A DNA stretch of 64,000 nucleotides, from positions 25,854,001 to 25,918,000 of the forward strand of contig OZ210885.1 of the NCBI GenBank assembly GCA_964658305.1, written 5' to 3'. Positions 45,586-61,520 of the stretch are shown here, in pieces. Numbering within the stretch: position 1 is the stretch's first letter; the number at the start of each line of letters is the position of its first letter. Under the pieces are notes generated by a model, which did not search any database, was not told the origin of the DNA, and worked only from the letters and a program-made list of their open reading frames with translations. The DNA is from Leptogorgia sarmentosa. Its lineage: Eukaryota. The translations under genes and the position numbers were made by a program.

Positions 45586-48500
45586 TTAATCATAATTATG
45601 ATCGTAAATCAAATTCCTGATAGTCAATCATCATCGTCAATCATAATCATGATCGTTAATCGTAATCATGATCGTTAATCATAATCATGATCGTTAATCA
45701 TAATCATGATCGTTAATCATAATCATGATCGTTAATCATAATCTTGACCGTTAATCATAATCGTGACCGCTAATCATAATCACGATCCTTAATCATATTC
45801 ATGATCGTTAATCATAATCATGATCGTCAATCATAATCATGACTGCTAATCATAATCATGATCGTTAATCATAATCATGATCGTCAATCATGATCGTTAA
45901 TCATATTCATGATCGTTAATCATAATCGTGATCTTCAATCATCATCATGATCGTTAATCATAATCATGATTGTCAATCATGATCGTTAATCATAATCGTG
46001 ATCGTTAATCATATTCATGATCGTTAATCATAATCATGATCGACAATCATAATCATGACCGCTCATCATAATCATGATAATTAATCAAATTCATGATCGT
46101 TAATCATAATCATGATCGTCAATCATGATCGTTAATCATAATCATGATCGTTAATCATATTCATGATCGTTAATCATAATCATGATCGTCAATCATAATC
46201 ATGACCGCTAATCATAATCACGATAATTAATCAAATTCATGATCGTCAATCATCATCGTTAATCATAATCAAGATCGTTAATCATAATCATGATCGTTAA
46301 TCATGGTCATGATCGTTAATCATAATTATGATCGTAAATCAAATTCCTGATAGTCAATCATCATCGTCAATCATAATCATGATCGTTAATCGTAATCATG
46401 ATCGTTAATCATAATCATGATCGTTAATCATATTCATGATCGTTAATCATAATCACGATCGTTAATCATATTCATGATCGTTAATCATAATCATGATCGT
46501 CAATCATAATCATGACCGCCAATCATAATCATAATCATGATCGTTAATCATATTCATGATCGTTAATCATAATCATGTTCGTCACTTTTCATCATGATCG
46601 TTAATCATAATCATGATCGTTAGTCATATTCATGATCGTTAATCATAATCATGATCCTTTATCATATACATGATCGTTAATCATAATCATGATCGTCAAC
46701 ATAATCATAACCGCTAATCATAATCATGATCGTTAATCATAATCATGATCGTCAATCATGATCGTTAATCATAATCATGATCGTTAATCATATTCATGAT
46801 CGTTATTCATAATCATGACCGCTAATCATAATCATGATCGTTAATCATATTCATGATCGTTAATCATAATCATGATGGTCAATCATAATCATGACCGCTA
46901 ATCATAATTATCATAATTAATCAAATTCATGCTCGTCAGTCATGTTCCTTAATCATAATCATGATCGTTAATCGTAATCATGACCGCTAATCATAATCAT
47001 GATCCTTAATCATATTCATGATCGTTAATCATAATCATCATCGTCAATCACAATCATGGCCGCTAATCATAATCATGATAGTTAATCATAATCATGATCG
47101 TTAATCACAAACATGATCATTAATCATGATCATAATCTTTAATCATAATCATGATCGTTAATCAAATTCATGATCGTTAATCATCATCGTTAATCATAAT
47201 CATGTTCGTTAATCATATTCATGATCGTTAATCATAATCATGATTGTCAATCATAATCATGACCGCTAATCAGGATCATGATCGTTAATCAAGGCCATGA
47301 TCGTTAATCATAATCATGATCGTAAATCGAATTCCTGATAGTCAATCATCATCGTCAATCATAATCATGATCGTTAATCGTAATCATGATCGTTAATCAT
47401 AATCATGATCGTTAATCATATTCATGATCGTTAATCATAATCGTGATCGTTAATCATAATCATGATCGTTAATCATAATCATGATCGTTAATCATAATTA
47501 TGACCGTTAATCATAATCATGATCGTTAATCATATTCATGATCGTTAATCATAATCATGATCGTCAATCATAATCATGACCGCTAATCATAATCATGATA
47601 GTCAATCATAATCATGATCGTTAATCACAATCATGATCATTAATCATGATCATAATCTTTAATCATAATCATGATCGTTGATCATAATCATGTTCGTTAA
47701 TCGTAATCATGATCGTCAATCATGATCTTTAACTATAATCATGATCGTTAATCAAATTCATGATCGTCAATCATCATCGTTAATCATAATCATGTTCGTT
47801 AATCATAATCATGATCGTCGATCATGATCGTTAATCATAATCCTGATCGTTAATCATATTCATGATCGTTAATCATAATCATGATCGACAATCATAATCA
47901 TGACCGCTAATCATAATCATGATCGTTAATCATATTCATGATCATTATTCATAATCATGATCGTCAATCATAATCATGACCGCTAATCATAATCATGATA
48001 ATTAATGAAATTCATGATCGTCAATCATCATCGTTAATCATAATCATGATCGTTAATCATAATCATGATCGTTAATCATGGTCATGATCGTTAATCATAA
48101 TCATGATCGTAAATCGAATTCCTGATCGTCAATCATCATCGCTAATCATAATCATGATCGTTATTCGTAATCATGATCGTTAATCACAATCATGATCGTC
48201 AATCATCATCATGATCGTTAATCATAATCATGATCGTCAATCATGATCGTTAATCATAATCATGATCGTTAATCATATTCATGATCGTTAATCATAATCA
48301 TGATCGACAATCATAATCATGACCGCTAATCATAATCATGATCGTTAATCATATTCATGATCGTTAATCATAATCATGATCGTAAATAATAATCATGATC
48401 GTCAATCATAATCATGACCGCTAATCATAATCATGATCGTTAATCATAATCATGATCGTCAATCATGATCGTTAATCATAATCATGATCGTTAATCATAT

Positions 48501-51500
48501 TCATGATCGTTAATCATAATCATGATCGTCAATCATAATCATGACCGCTAATCATAATCACGATAATTAATCAAATTCATGATCGTCAATCATCATCGTT
48601 AATCATAATCAAGATCGTTAATCATAATTATTATCCTTAATCATGGTCATGATCGTTAATCATAATTATGATCGTAAATCAAATTACTGATAGTCAATCA
48701 TCATCGTCAATCATAATCATGATCGTTAATCGTATTCATGATCGTTAATCATAATCATGATCGTTAATCATATTCATGATCGTTAATCATAATCATGATC
48801 GTTAATCATATTCATGATCGTTAATCATAATCATGATCGTCAATCATAATCATGACCGCCAATCATAATCATGATCGTTAATCATATTCATGATCGTTAA
48901 TCATAATCATGTTCGTCAATTTTCATCATGATCGTTAATCATAATCATGATCGTCAATCATGATCGTTAATCATAATCATGATCGTCAATCATGATCGTT
49001 AATAATATTCATGATCGTTAATCATAATCATGATGGTCAATCATAATCATGACCGCTAATCATAATTATGATAATTAATCAAATTCATGCTCGTCAATCA
49101 TGTTCCTTAATCATAATCATGATCGTTAATCGTAATCATGACCGCTAATCATAATCATGATCCTTAATCATATTCATGATCGTTAATCATAATCATGATT
49201 GTCAATCATAATCATGACCGCTAATCATAATCATGATAGTTAATCATAATCATGATCGTTAATCACAAACATGATCATTAATCATGATCATAATCTTTAA
49301 TCATAATCATGATCGTTAATCAAATTCATGATCGTCAATGATTATCGTTAATCATAATCATGTTCGTTAATCATATTCATGATCGTTAATCATAATCATG
49401 ATTGTCAAGCATAATCATGACCGCTAATCATAATCATGATCGTTAATCAAGGCCATGATCGTTAATCATAATCATGATCGTAAATCGAATTCCTGATAGT
49501 CAATCATCATCGTCAATCATAATCATGATCGTTAATCGTAATCATGATCGTTAATCATAATCATGATCGTTAATAATATTCATGATCGTTAATCATAATC
49601 GTGATCGTTAATCATAATCATGATCGTTAATCATAATCATGATCGTTAATCATAATTATGTCCGCTAATCATAATCATGATCCTTAATCATATTCATGAC
49701 CGCTAATCATAATCATGATAGTCAATCATAATCATGATCGTTAATCACAATCATGATCATTAATCATGATCATAATCTTTAATCATAATCATGATCGTTA
49801 ATCATAATCTTGTTCGTTAATCGTAATCATGATCGTCAATCATGATCTTTAACTATAATCATGATCGTTAATCGAATTTATGATCGTCAATCATCATCGT
49901 TAATCATAATCATGTTCGTTAATCATAATCACGATCGTCGATCATGATCGTTAATCATAATCCTGATCGTTAATCATATTCATGATCGTTAATCATAATC
50001 ATGATCGACAATCATAATCATGACCGCTAATCATAATCATGATCGTTAATCATATTCATGATCATTATCCATAATCATGATCGTCAATCATAATCATGAC
50101 CGCTAATCATAATCATGATAATTAATCAAATTCATGATCGTCAATCATCATCGTTAATAATAATCATGATCGTTAATCATAATCATGATCGTTAATCATG
50201 GTCATGATCGTTAATCATAATCATGATCGTAAATCGAATTCCTGATCGTCAATCATCATCGCTAATCATAATCATGATCGTTATTCGTAATCATGATCGT
50301 TAATCATAATCATGATCGTTAATCATATTCATGATCGTTAATCATAATCATGATCGTTAATCATTATCATGATCGTTAATCATAATCATGATCGTTAATG
50401 ACGATCATTAAACATAATCATGTTCGTTAATCATAATCATGATCGTTGATCTTAATAATGATCGTTAAACATAATCATTATCGTTAATCATAATCATGAT
50501 CGGTAATACTAATCATGATCCTTAATTATAATCATCATTGTTAATCGTGATCGTTAATCATAATCATGATCGTTAGTCATAATCATGATCGCTAATGATA
50601 ATCATGGCGGTTAATCATAATCATGTTCGTTAATCATAATCATGATCGTTAATCATAATCATGTTCGTTAATCATAATCATAATCGTCAATCATGATCGT
50701 CAATAATAATCATGACCGTTAATGATGATCGTTAATCATGATGGTTAATCATAATCATGATCGTTAATCATAATCATGATCGTTTATCATAAGCATGATC
50801 GTTAATTATAATCATGACAGTTAATCATAATCACGAACGTTAATCATAATCATGATCGTTAATCAAAATCGTGATCGTTAATCATAATCATGATCGTTAA
50901 TCATGATTGTTAATCATAATCATGATTATTAATCATAATCATAATCTTTAATCATAATCATGATCGTTAATCAAAATCATCATCGTTAACCATGATCGTT
51001 GATCATAATCATGATCGTTAATCATAATAATGATCGTTAATCATAATCATGATCGTTTATCATAATCAGTAATGATAATCATGATCGTGAATCTTTATTA
51101 TGATCGTTTATCATAAGCATGATAGTTAATTATAATCATGAGAGTTAATCATAATCATGAACGTTAATCATAATAATGATCGTTAATCATAATCATGATC
51201 TTTAGTCATAATCATGATCGTTAATCGTGATCGTTAATCATGATCGTTAATCATGATCGTTAATTATAATCATGGTCGTCATTCATAATCATTATCGTTA
51301 ATCATAACAATGATCGTCAATGATAATCATGATTGTTAATCATAATCATGATCGTCAATCATAATGATGATCGCTAATCATGATGGTTAATCATAATCAT
51401 GGTTGTTAATCATATTCATGATCGTTAATCATAATCATGATCGACAATCATAATCATGACCGCTAATCATAATCATGATCGTTAATCATAATCGTGATCG

Positions 51501-54500
51501 TTAATCATAATCATGATCGTTAATCATAATCATGATCGTTAATCATAATTATGTCCGCTAATCATAATCATGATCGTTAATCATATTCATGATCGTTAAT
51601 CATAATCATGATCGACAATCATAATCATGACCGCTAATCATAATCATGATCGTCAATCATAATCATGACCGCTAATCATAATCATGATCGTTAATCATAA
51701 TCATGATCGTTAATCATAATCATGATCGTAATCATAATCATGATCGTTGATCATGATCGTTAATCATAATCATGGTCGTTAATCATAATCAGTAATGATA
51801 ATCATAATCGTGAATCTTTATTATGACCGTTTATTATAAGCATGATAGTTAATTATAATCATGATCGTTAATCATAATAATGATCGTTAATCATAATCAG
51901 TAATGATAATCATGACCGTGAATCTTTATTATGATCGTTTATCATAAGCATGATAGTTAATTATAATCATGACAGTTAATCATAATCATGAACGTTAATC
52001 ATAATAATGATCGCCAATCATAATCATGGTCGTTAATAAAAATCGTGACCGCTAATGATAATCATGATCCTTAATCATAATCATGATCGTCAATCATGAT
52101 CGTTAATCATATTCATGATCGTTAATCATAATCATGATCGTCAATCATCATCATGTTCGTTAATCAAAATCACGATCGTCAATCATGATCGTTAATCATA
52201 ATCCTGATCGTTAATCATATTCATGATCGTTAATCATAATCATGATCGACAATCATAATCATGACCGCTAATCATAATCATGATCGTTAATCATATTCAT
52301 GATCATTAATCATATTTATGAACGTTAATCATAATCATAATCGTCAATCATAATCATGACCGCTAATCATAATTATGATAATTAATGAAATTCAAGATCG
52401 TCAATCATCATCGTTAATCATAATCATGATCGTTGATCATGGTCATGATCGTTAATCATAATCATGATCGTAAATCGAATTCCTGATCGTCAATCATCAT
52501 CGTTAATCATAATCATGATCGTTAATAGTAATCATGATCGTTAATCATAATCATGATCGTTAATCATATTCATGATCGTTAATCATAATCATGATCGACA
52601 ATCATAATCATGACCGCTAATCATAATCATGATCGTTAATCATATTCATGATCATTAATCATATTTATGAACGTTAATCATGATCATAATCGTCAATCAT
52701 AATCATGACCGCTAATCATAATTATGATAATTAATGAAATTCAAGATCGTCAATCATCATCGTTAATCATAATCATGATCGTTGATCATGGTCATGATCG
52801 TTAATCATAATCATGATCGTAAATCGAATTCCTGATCGTCAATCATCATCGTTAATCATAATCATGATCGTTAATAGTAATCATGATCGTTAATCATAAT
52901 CATGATCGTTAATCATATTCATGATCGTTAATCACAATCATGATCGTTAATCATAATCATGATCGTTAATCACGATCATTAAACATAATTATGTTTGTTA
53001 ATCATAATCATGATCGTTGATCTAAAAAATGATCGTTAAACACAGTCATTATCGTTAATCATAATCATGATCGTTAATATTAATCATGATCCTTAATTAT
53101 AATCATGATTGCAAATCGTGATCGTTAATCATAATCATGATCGTTAGTCATAATCATGATCGCTAATCATAATCATGGCGGTTAATCATAATCATGTTCG
53201 TTAATCATAATCATGATCGTTAATCATAATCATGTTCGTTAATCATAATCATGATCGTCAATCATGATCGTTAATCATAATCATGATCGTTAATCATCTT
53301 CATGATCGTTAATCATAATCATGATCGTCAATCATAATCATGAACGTTAATCATAATCATGATCGTCAATCATAATCATGCCCGCTAATCATAATTATGA
53401 TAATTAATCAAATTCATGATCGTCAATTATCATCGTTAATCATAATCATGATCGTTAATCATGGTCATGATCGTTAATCATATTCATGAACGTTAATCAT
53501 AATCATGATCGTCAATCATAATCATGCCCGCTAATCATAATTGTGATAATTAATCAAATTCATGATCGTCAATTATCATCGTTAATCATAATCATGATCG
53601 TTAATCATGGTCATGATCGTTAATCATAATCATGATAGTAAATCTAATTCCTGATCGTCAATCATCATCGTTAATCATAATCATGATCGTTAATCGTAAT
53701 CATGATCGTTAATCATAATCATGATCGTTAATCATATTCATGATCGTTAATCACAATCATGATCGTTAATCATAATCATGATCGTTAATCACGATCATTA
53801 AACATAATCATGTTCGTTAATCATAATCATGATCGTTAATCATAAACATGATCGTTAATCATTATCATGATCGCTAATCATAATCATCATCTTTAATCAT
53901 ATTCATGATCGTTAATCATAATCATGATCGTCAATCATAATCATGACCGCTGATCATAATCATGATAGTCAATCATAATCATGATCGTTAATCACAATCA
54001 TGATCATTAATCATGATCATAATCTTTAATCATAATCATGATCGTTAATCATAATCATAATCATTAATCATAATCTTTAATCGTAATCATGATCGTTAAT
54101 CATAATTATGATTGTTAATATGATCCCTAATCATGATCTTTGATCATAATCATGATCGTTAATCAAATTCATGATCGTTAATCATGATCGTTAATTATAA
54201 TCATGATCGTTAATCATAATCATGATCGTTAATCATAATCATGATCGTTAATCATAATCAATAGTGATAATCATGATCGTGAATCTTTGTTATGATCGTT
54301 TATCATAAGCATGATCGTCAATTATAATCATGACAGTTAATCATAATCACGAACGTTAATCATAATCATGATCGTTAATCATAATCGTGATCGTTAATCA
54401 TGATCATGATCGTTAATCATGATCGTTAATCATGATGGTTAATAATAATCATGATCGTTAATCATAATCATGATCGTTAATGATAACCATGATCGTCAAA

Positions 54501-56049
54501 GATAATCATGATCGTTAATCATAAACCTGATCGTTAATCATATTCAGGATCGTTAATCATAATCATGATCGTCAATCATAATCATAATCGCTAATCATAA
54601 TCATGATCGTTAATCATAATCATGATCGTTAATCATAGTCAATAGTGATAATCATGATCGTGAATCTTTGTTATGATCGTTTATCATAAGCATGATCGTT
54701 AATTATAATCATGACAGTTAATCATAATCACGAACGTTAATCATAATCATGATCGTTAATCATAATCATGATCGTTAATGATAACCATGATCGTCAAAGA
54801 TAATCATGATCGTTAATCATAATCATGATAGTCAATCATAATCATGATCGTCAATCATGATCGTTAATCATATTCATGATCGTTAATCATAATCATGATC
54901 GTCAATCATCATCATGATCGTTAATCATAATCATGATCGTCAATCATGATTGTTAATCATAATCATGATCGTTAATCATATTCATGATCGTTAATCATAA
55001 TCATGATCGACAATCATAATCATGACCGCTAATCATAATCATGATCGTCAATCATAATCATGACGGCTAATCATAATCATGATCGTTAATCATAATCATG
55101 ATCGTTAATCATAATCAATAGTGATAATCATGATCGTGAATCTTTGTTATGATCGTTTATCATAAGCATGATCGTTAATTATAATCATGACAGTTAATCA
55201 TAATCACGAACGTTAATCATAATCATGATCGTTAATCATAATCATGATCGTTAATGATAACCATGATCGTCAAAGATAATCATGATCGTTAATCATAATC
55301 ATGATAGTCAATCATAATCATGATCGTCAATCATGATCGTTAATCATATTCATGATCGTTAATCATAATCATGATCGTCAATCACCATCATGATCGTTAA
55401 TCATAATCATGATCGTCAATCATGATTGTTAATCATAATCATGATCGTTAATCATATTCATGATCGTTAATCATAATCATGATCGACAATCATAATCATG
55501 ACCGCTAATCATAATCATGATCATCAATCATAATCATGACGGCTAATCATAATCATGATCGTTAATCATAATCATGATCGTTAATCATAATCAATGGTGA
55601 TAATCATGATCGTGAATCTTTGTTATGATCGTTTATCATAAGCATGATCGTTAATTATAATCATGACAGTTAATCATAATCACGAACGTTAATCATAATC
55701 ATGATCGTTAATCATAATCATGATCGTTAATGATAACCATGATCGTCAAAGATAATCATGATCGTTAATCATAATCATGATAGTCAATCATAATCATGAT
55801 CGTCAATCATGATCGTTAATCATATTCATGATCGTTAATCATAATCATGATCGTCAATCATCATCATGATCGTTAATCATAATCATGATCGTCAATCATG
55901 ATTGTTAATCATAATTATGATCGTTAATCATATTCATGATCGTTAATCATAATCATGATCGACAATCATAATCATGACGGCTAATCATAATCATGATCGT
56001 TAATCATAATCATGATCGTTAATCATATTCATGATCGTTAATCATAATC

Positions 56050-59000
56050 ATGATCGTTAATCACAATCATGATCATTAATCATGATCATAATCTTTAATC
56101 ATAATCATGATCGTTAATCAAATTCATGATCGTCAATCATCATCGTTAATCATAATCATGTTCGTTAATCAAAATCACGATCGTCAATCATGATCGTTAA
56201 TCATGATCCTGATCGTTAATCATATTCATGATCGCTAATCATAATCATGATCGACAATCATAATCATGATAGTCAATCATAATCATGATCGTTAATCACA
56301 ATCATGATCATTAATCATGATCATAATCTTTAATCATAATTATGATCGTTAATCATAATCATGATCATTAATCATAATCATAATCTTTAATCGTAATCAT
56401 GATAGTTAATCAAAATCATCATCGTTAATCAAATTCATGATCGTTAATCATGATCGTTGATCATAATCATGATCGTTAATCAAAATCATGATCGTTAATC
56501 ATAATTATGATTGTTAATATGATCGCTAATCATGATCGTTAATCATAATCATGTTCGTTAATCATAATCATGATCGTGAATCACAATCATGATCGCTAAT
56601 CATAATCATGATCGTTAATCATAATCATGATCGTTAATCACAATCATGATCGTTAATCATGATCGTTAATCATAATCATGATCATTAATCATAATCATCA
56701 TCTTTAATTATAATCATGATCGTTAATCATAATCATGAACGTTAATATGATCGCTAATCATGATCTTTGATCATAATCATGATCGTTAATCAAATTCATG
56801 ATCGTTTACCATGATCGTTGATGATAATCATGATCGTTAATCATAATCATGATCGTTAATCATAATCATGATCGTTAATCATAATCAGTAATGATAATCA
56901 TGATCGTGAATCTTTATTATGATCGTTTATCATAACCATGATAGTTAAATATAATCATGACAGTTAATCATAATCATGAACGTTAATCATAATAATGATC
57001 GTTAATCATGATCATGATCGTTGATCATAATCATGTTCGTTAATCGTAATCATGATCGTCAATCATGATCTTTAACTATAATCATGATCGTTAATCAAAT
57101 TCATGATCGTCAATCATCATCGTTAATCATAATCATGTTCGTTAATCATAATCATGATCGTCGATCATGATCGTTAATCATAATCCTGATCGTTAATCAT
57201 ATTCATGATCGTTAATCATAATCATGATCGACAATCATAATCATGACCGCTAATCATAATCATGATCGTTAATCATATTCATGATCATTATTCATAATCA
57301 TGATCGTCAATCATAATCATGACCGCTAATCATAATCATGATAATTAATGAAATTCATGATCGTCAATCATCATCGTTAATCATAATCATGATCGTTAAT
57401 CATAATCATGATCGTTAATCATGGTCATGATCGTTAATCATAATCATGATCGTAAATCGAATTCCTGATCGTCAATCATCATCGCTAATCATAATCATGA
57501 TCGTTATTCGTAATCATGATCGGTAATCACAATCATGATCGTCAATCATCATCATGATCGTTAATCATAATCATGATCGTCAATCATGATCGTTAATCAT
57601 AATCATGATCGTTAATCATATTCATGATCGTTAATCATAATCATGATCGACAATCATAATCATGACCGCTAATCATAATCATGATCGTTAATCATATTCA
57701 TGATCGTTAATCATAATCATGATCGTAAATAATAATCATGATCGTCAATCATAATCATGACCGCTAATCATAATCATGATCGTTAATCATAATCATGATC
57801 GTCAATCATGATCGTTAATCATAATCATGATCGTTAATCATATTCATGATCGTTAATCATAATCATGATCGTCAATCATAATCATGACCGCTAATCATAA
57901 TCACGATAATTAATCAAATTCATGATCGTCAATCATCATCGTTAATCATAATCAAGATCGTTAATCATAATTATTATCCTTAATCATGGTCATGATCGTT
58001 AATCATAATTATGATCGTAAATCAAATTACTGATAGTCAATCATCATCGTCAATCATAATCATGATCGTTAATCGTATTCATGATCGTTAATCATAATCA
58101 TGATCGTTAATCATATTCATGATCGTTAATCATAATCATGATCGTTAATCATATTCATGATCGTTAATCATAATCATGATCGTCAATCATAATCATGACC
58201 GCCAATCATAATCATGATCGTTAATCATATTCATGATCGTTAATCATAATCATGTTCGTCAATTTTCATCATGATCGTTAATCATAATCATGATCGTCAA
58301 TCATGATCGTTAATCATAATCATGATCGTCAATCATGATCGTTAATAATATTCATGATCGTTAATCATAATCATGATGGTCAATCATAATCATGACCGCT
58401 AATCATAATTATGATAATTAATCAAATTCATGCTCGTCAATCATGTTCCTTAATCATAATCATGATCGTTAATCGTAATCATGACCGCTAATCATAATCA
58501 TGATCCTTAATCATATTCATGATCGTTAATCATAATCATGATTGTCAATCATAATCATGACCGCTAATCATAATCATGATAGTTAATCATAATCATGATC
58601 GTTAATCACAAACATGATCATTAATCATGATCATAATCTTTAATCATAATCATGATCGTTAATCAAATTCATGATCGTCAATGATTATCGTTAATCATAA
58701 TCATGTTCGTTAATCATATTCATGATCGTTAATCATAATCATGATTGTCAAGCATAATCATGACCGCTAATCATAATCATGATCGTTAATCACAATCATG
58801 ATCATTAATCATGATCATAATCTTTAATCATAATCATGATCGTTAATCAAATTCATGATCGTCAATCATCATCGTTAATCATAATCATGTTCGTTAATCA
58901 AAATCACGATCGTCAATCATGATCGTTAATCATGATCCTGATCGTTAATCATATTCATGATCGCTAATCATAATCATGATCGACAATCATAATCATGATA

Positions 59001-61520
59001 GTCAAACATAATCATGATCGTTAATCACAATCATGATCATTAATCATGATCATAATCTTTAATCATAATTATGATCGTTAATCATAATCATGATCATTAA
59101 TCATAATCATAATCTTTAATCGTAATCATGATAGTTAATCAAAATCATCATCGTTAATCATAATCATGATCGTTAATATGATCGTTAATCATGATCTTTG
59201 ATCATAATCATGATCGTTAATCAAATTCATGATCGTTAATCATGATCGTTGATCATAATCATGATCGTTAATCAAAATCATGATCGTTAATCATAATTAT
59301 GATTGTTAATATGATCGCTAATCATGATCGTTAATCATAATCATGTTCGTTAATCATAATCATGATCGTGAATCACAATCATGATCGCTAATCATAATCA
59401 TGATCGTTAATCATAATCATGATCGTTAATCACAATCATGATCGTTAATCATGATCGTTAATCATAATCATGATCATTAATCATAATCATCATCTTTAAT
59501 TATAATCATGATCGTTAATCATAATCATGAACGTTAATATGATCGCTAATCATGATCTTTGATCATAATCATGATCGTTAATCAAATTCATGATCGTTTA
59601 CCATGATCGTTGATGATAATCATGATCGTTAATCATAATCATGATCGTTAATCATAATCATGATCGTTAATCATAATCAGTAATGATAATCATGATCGTG
59701 AATCTTTATTATGATCGTTTATCATAACCATGATAGTTAAATATAATCATGACAGTTAATCATAATCATGAACGTTAATCATAATAATGATCGTTAATCA
59801 TAATCATGATCGTTGATCATAATCATGTTCGTTAATCGTAATCATGATCGTCAATCATGATCTTTAACTATAATCATGATCGTTAATCAAATTCATGATC
59901 GTCAATCATCATCGTTAATCATAATCATGTTCGTTAATCATAATCATGATCGTCGATCATGATCGTTAATCATAATCCTGATCGTTAATCATATTCATGA
60001 TCGTTAATCATAATCATGATCGACAATCATAATCATGACCGCTAATCATAATCATGATCGTTAATCATATTCATGATCATTATTCATAATCATGATCGTC
60101 AATCATAATCATGACCGCTAATCATAATCATGATAATTAATGAAATTCATGATCGTCAATCATCATCGTTAATCATAATCATGATCGTTAATCATAATCA
60201 TGAACGTTAATCATGGTCATGATCGTTAATCATAATCATGATCGTAAATCGAATTCCTGATCGTCAATCATCATCGCTAATCATAATCATGATCGTTATT
60301 CGTAATCATGATCGGTAATCACAATCATGATCGTCAATCATCATCATGATCGTTAATCATAATCATGATCGTCAATCATGATCGTTAATCATAATCATGA
60401 TCGTTAATCATATTCATGATCGTTAATCATAATCATGATCGACAATCATAATCATGACCGCTAATCATAATCATGATCGTTAATCATATTCATGATCGTT
60501 AATCATAATCATGATCGTAAATAATAATCATGATCGTCAATCATAATCATGACCGCTAATCATAATCATGATCGTTAATCATAATCATGATCGTCAATCA
60601 TGATCGTTAATCATAATCATGATCGTTAATCATATTCATGATCGTTAATCATAATCATGATCGTCAATCATAATCATGACCGCTAATCATAATCACGATA
60701 ATTAATCAAATTCATGATCGTCAATCATCATCGTTAATCATAATCAAGATCGTTAATCATAATTATTATCCTTAATCATGGTCATGATCGTTAATCATAA
60801 TTATGATCGTAAATCAAATTACTGATAGTCAATCATCATCGTCAATCATAATCATGATCGTTAATCGTATTCATGATCGTTAATCATAATCATGATCGTT
60901 AATCATATTCATGATCGTTAATCATAATCATGATCGTTAATCATATTCATGATCGTTAATCATAATCATGATCGTCAATCATAATCATGACCGCCAATCA
61001 TAATCATGATCGTTAATCATATTCATGATCGTTAATCATAATCATGTTCGTCAATTTTCATCATGATCGTTAATCATAATCATGATCGTCAATCATGATC
61101 GTAAATCATAATCATGATCGTCAATCATGATCGTTAATAATATTCATGATCGTTAATCATAATCATGATGGTCAATCATAATCATGACCGCTAATCATAA
61201 TTATGATAATTAATCAAATTCATGCACGTCAATCATGTTCCTTAATCATAATCATGATCGTTAATCGTAATCATGACCGCTAATCATAATCATGATCCTT
61301 AATCATATTCATGATCGTTAATCATAATCATGATTGTCAATCATAATCATGACCGCTAATCATAATCATGATAGTTAATCATAATCATGATCGTTAATCA
61401 CAAACATGATCATTAATCATGATCATAATCTTTAATCATAATCATGATCGTTAATCAAATTCATGATCGTCAATGATTATCGTTAATCATAATCATGTTC
61501 GTTAATCATATTCATGATCG
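56050..61520. repeat. Higher-order tandem duplication, ~2.75-2.8 kb unit x2
   Basis: atcgtttaccatg at 56801/59593 and aaattactgatag at 58024/60816 (offset 2792). The offset is 2729 near the start (56161/58890), implying a ~63-bp indel. Boundaries approximate. Confidence 0.8.
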
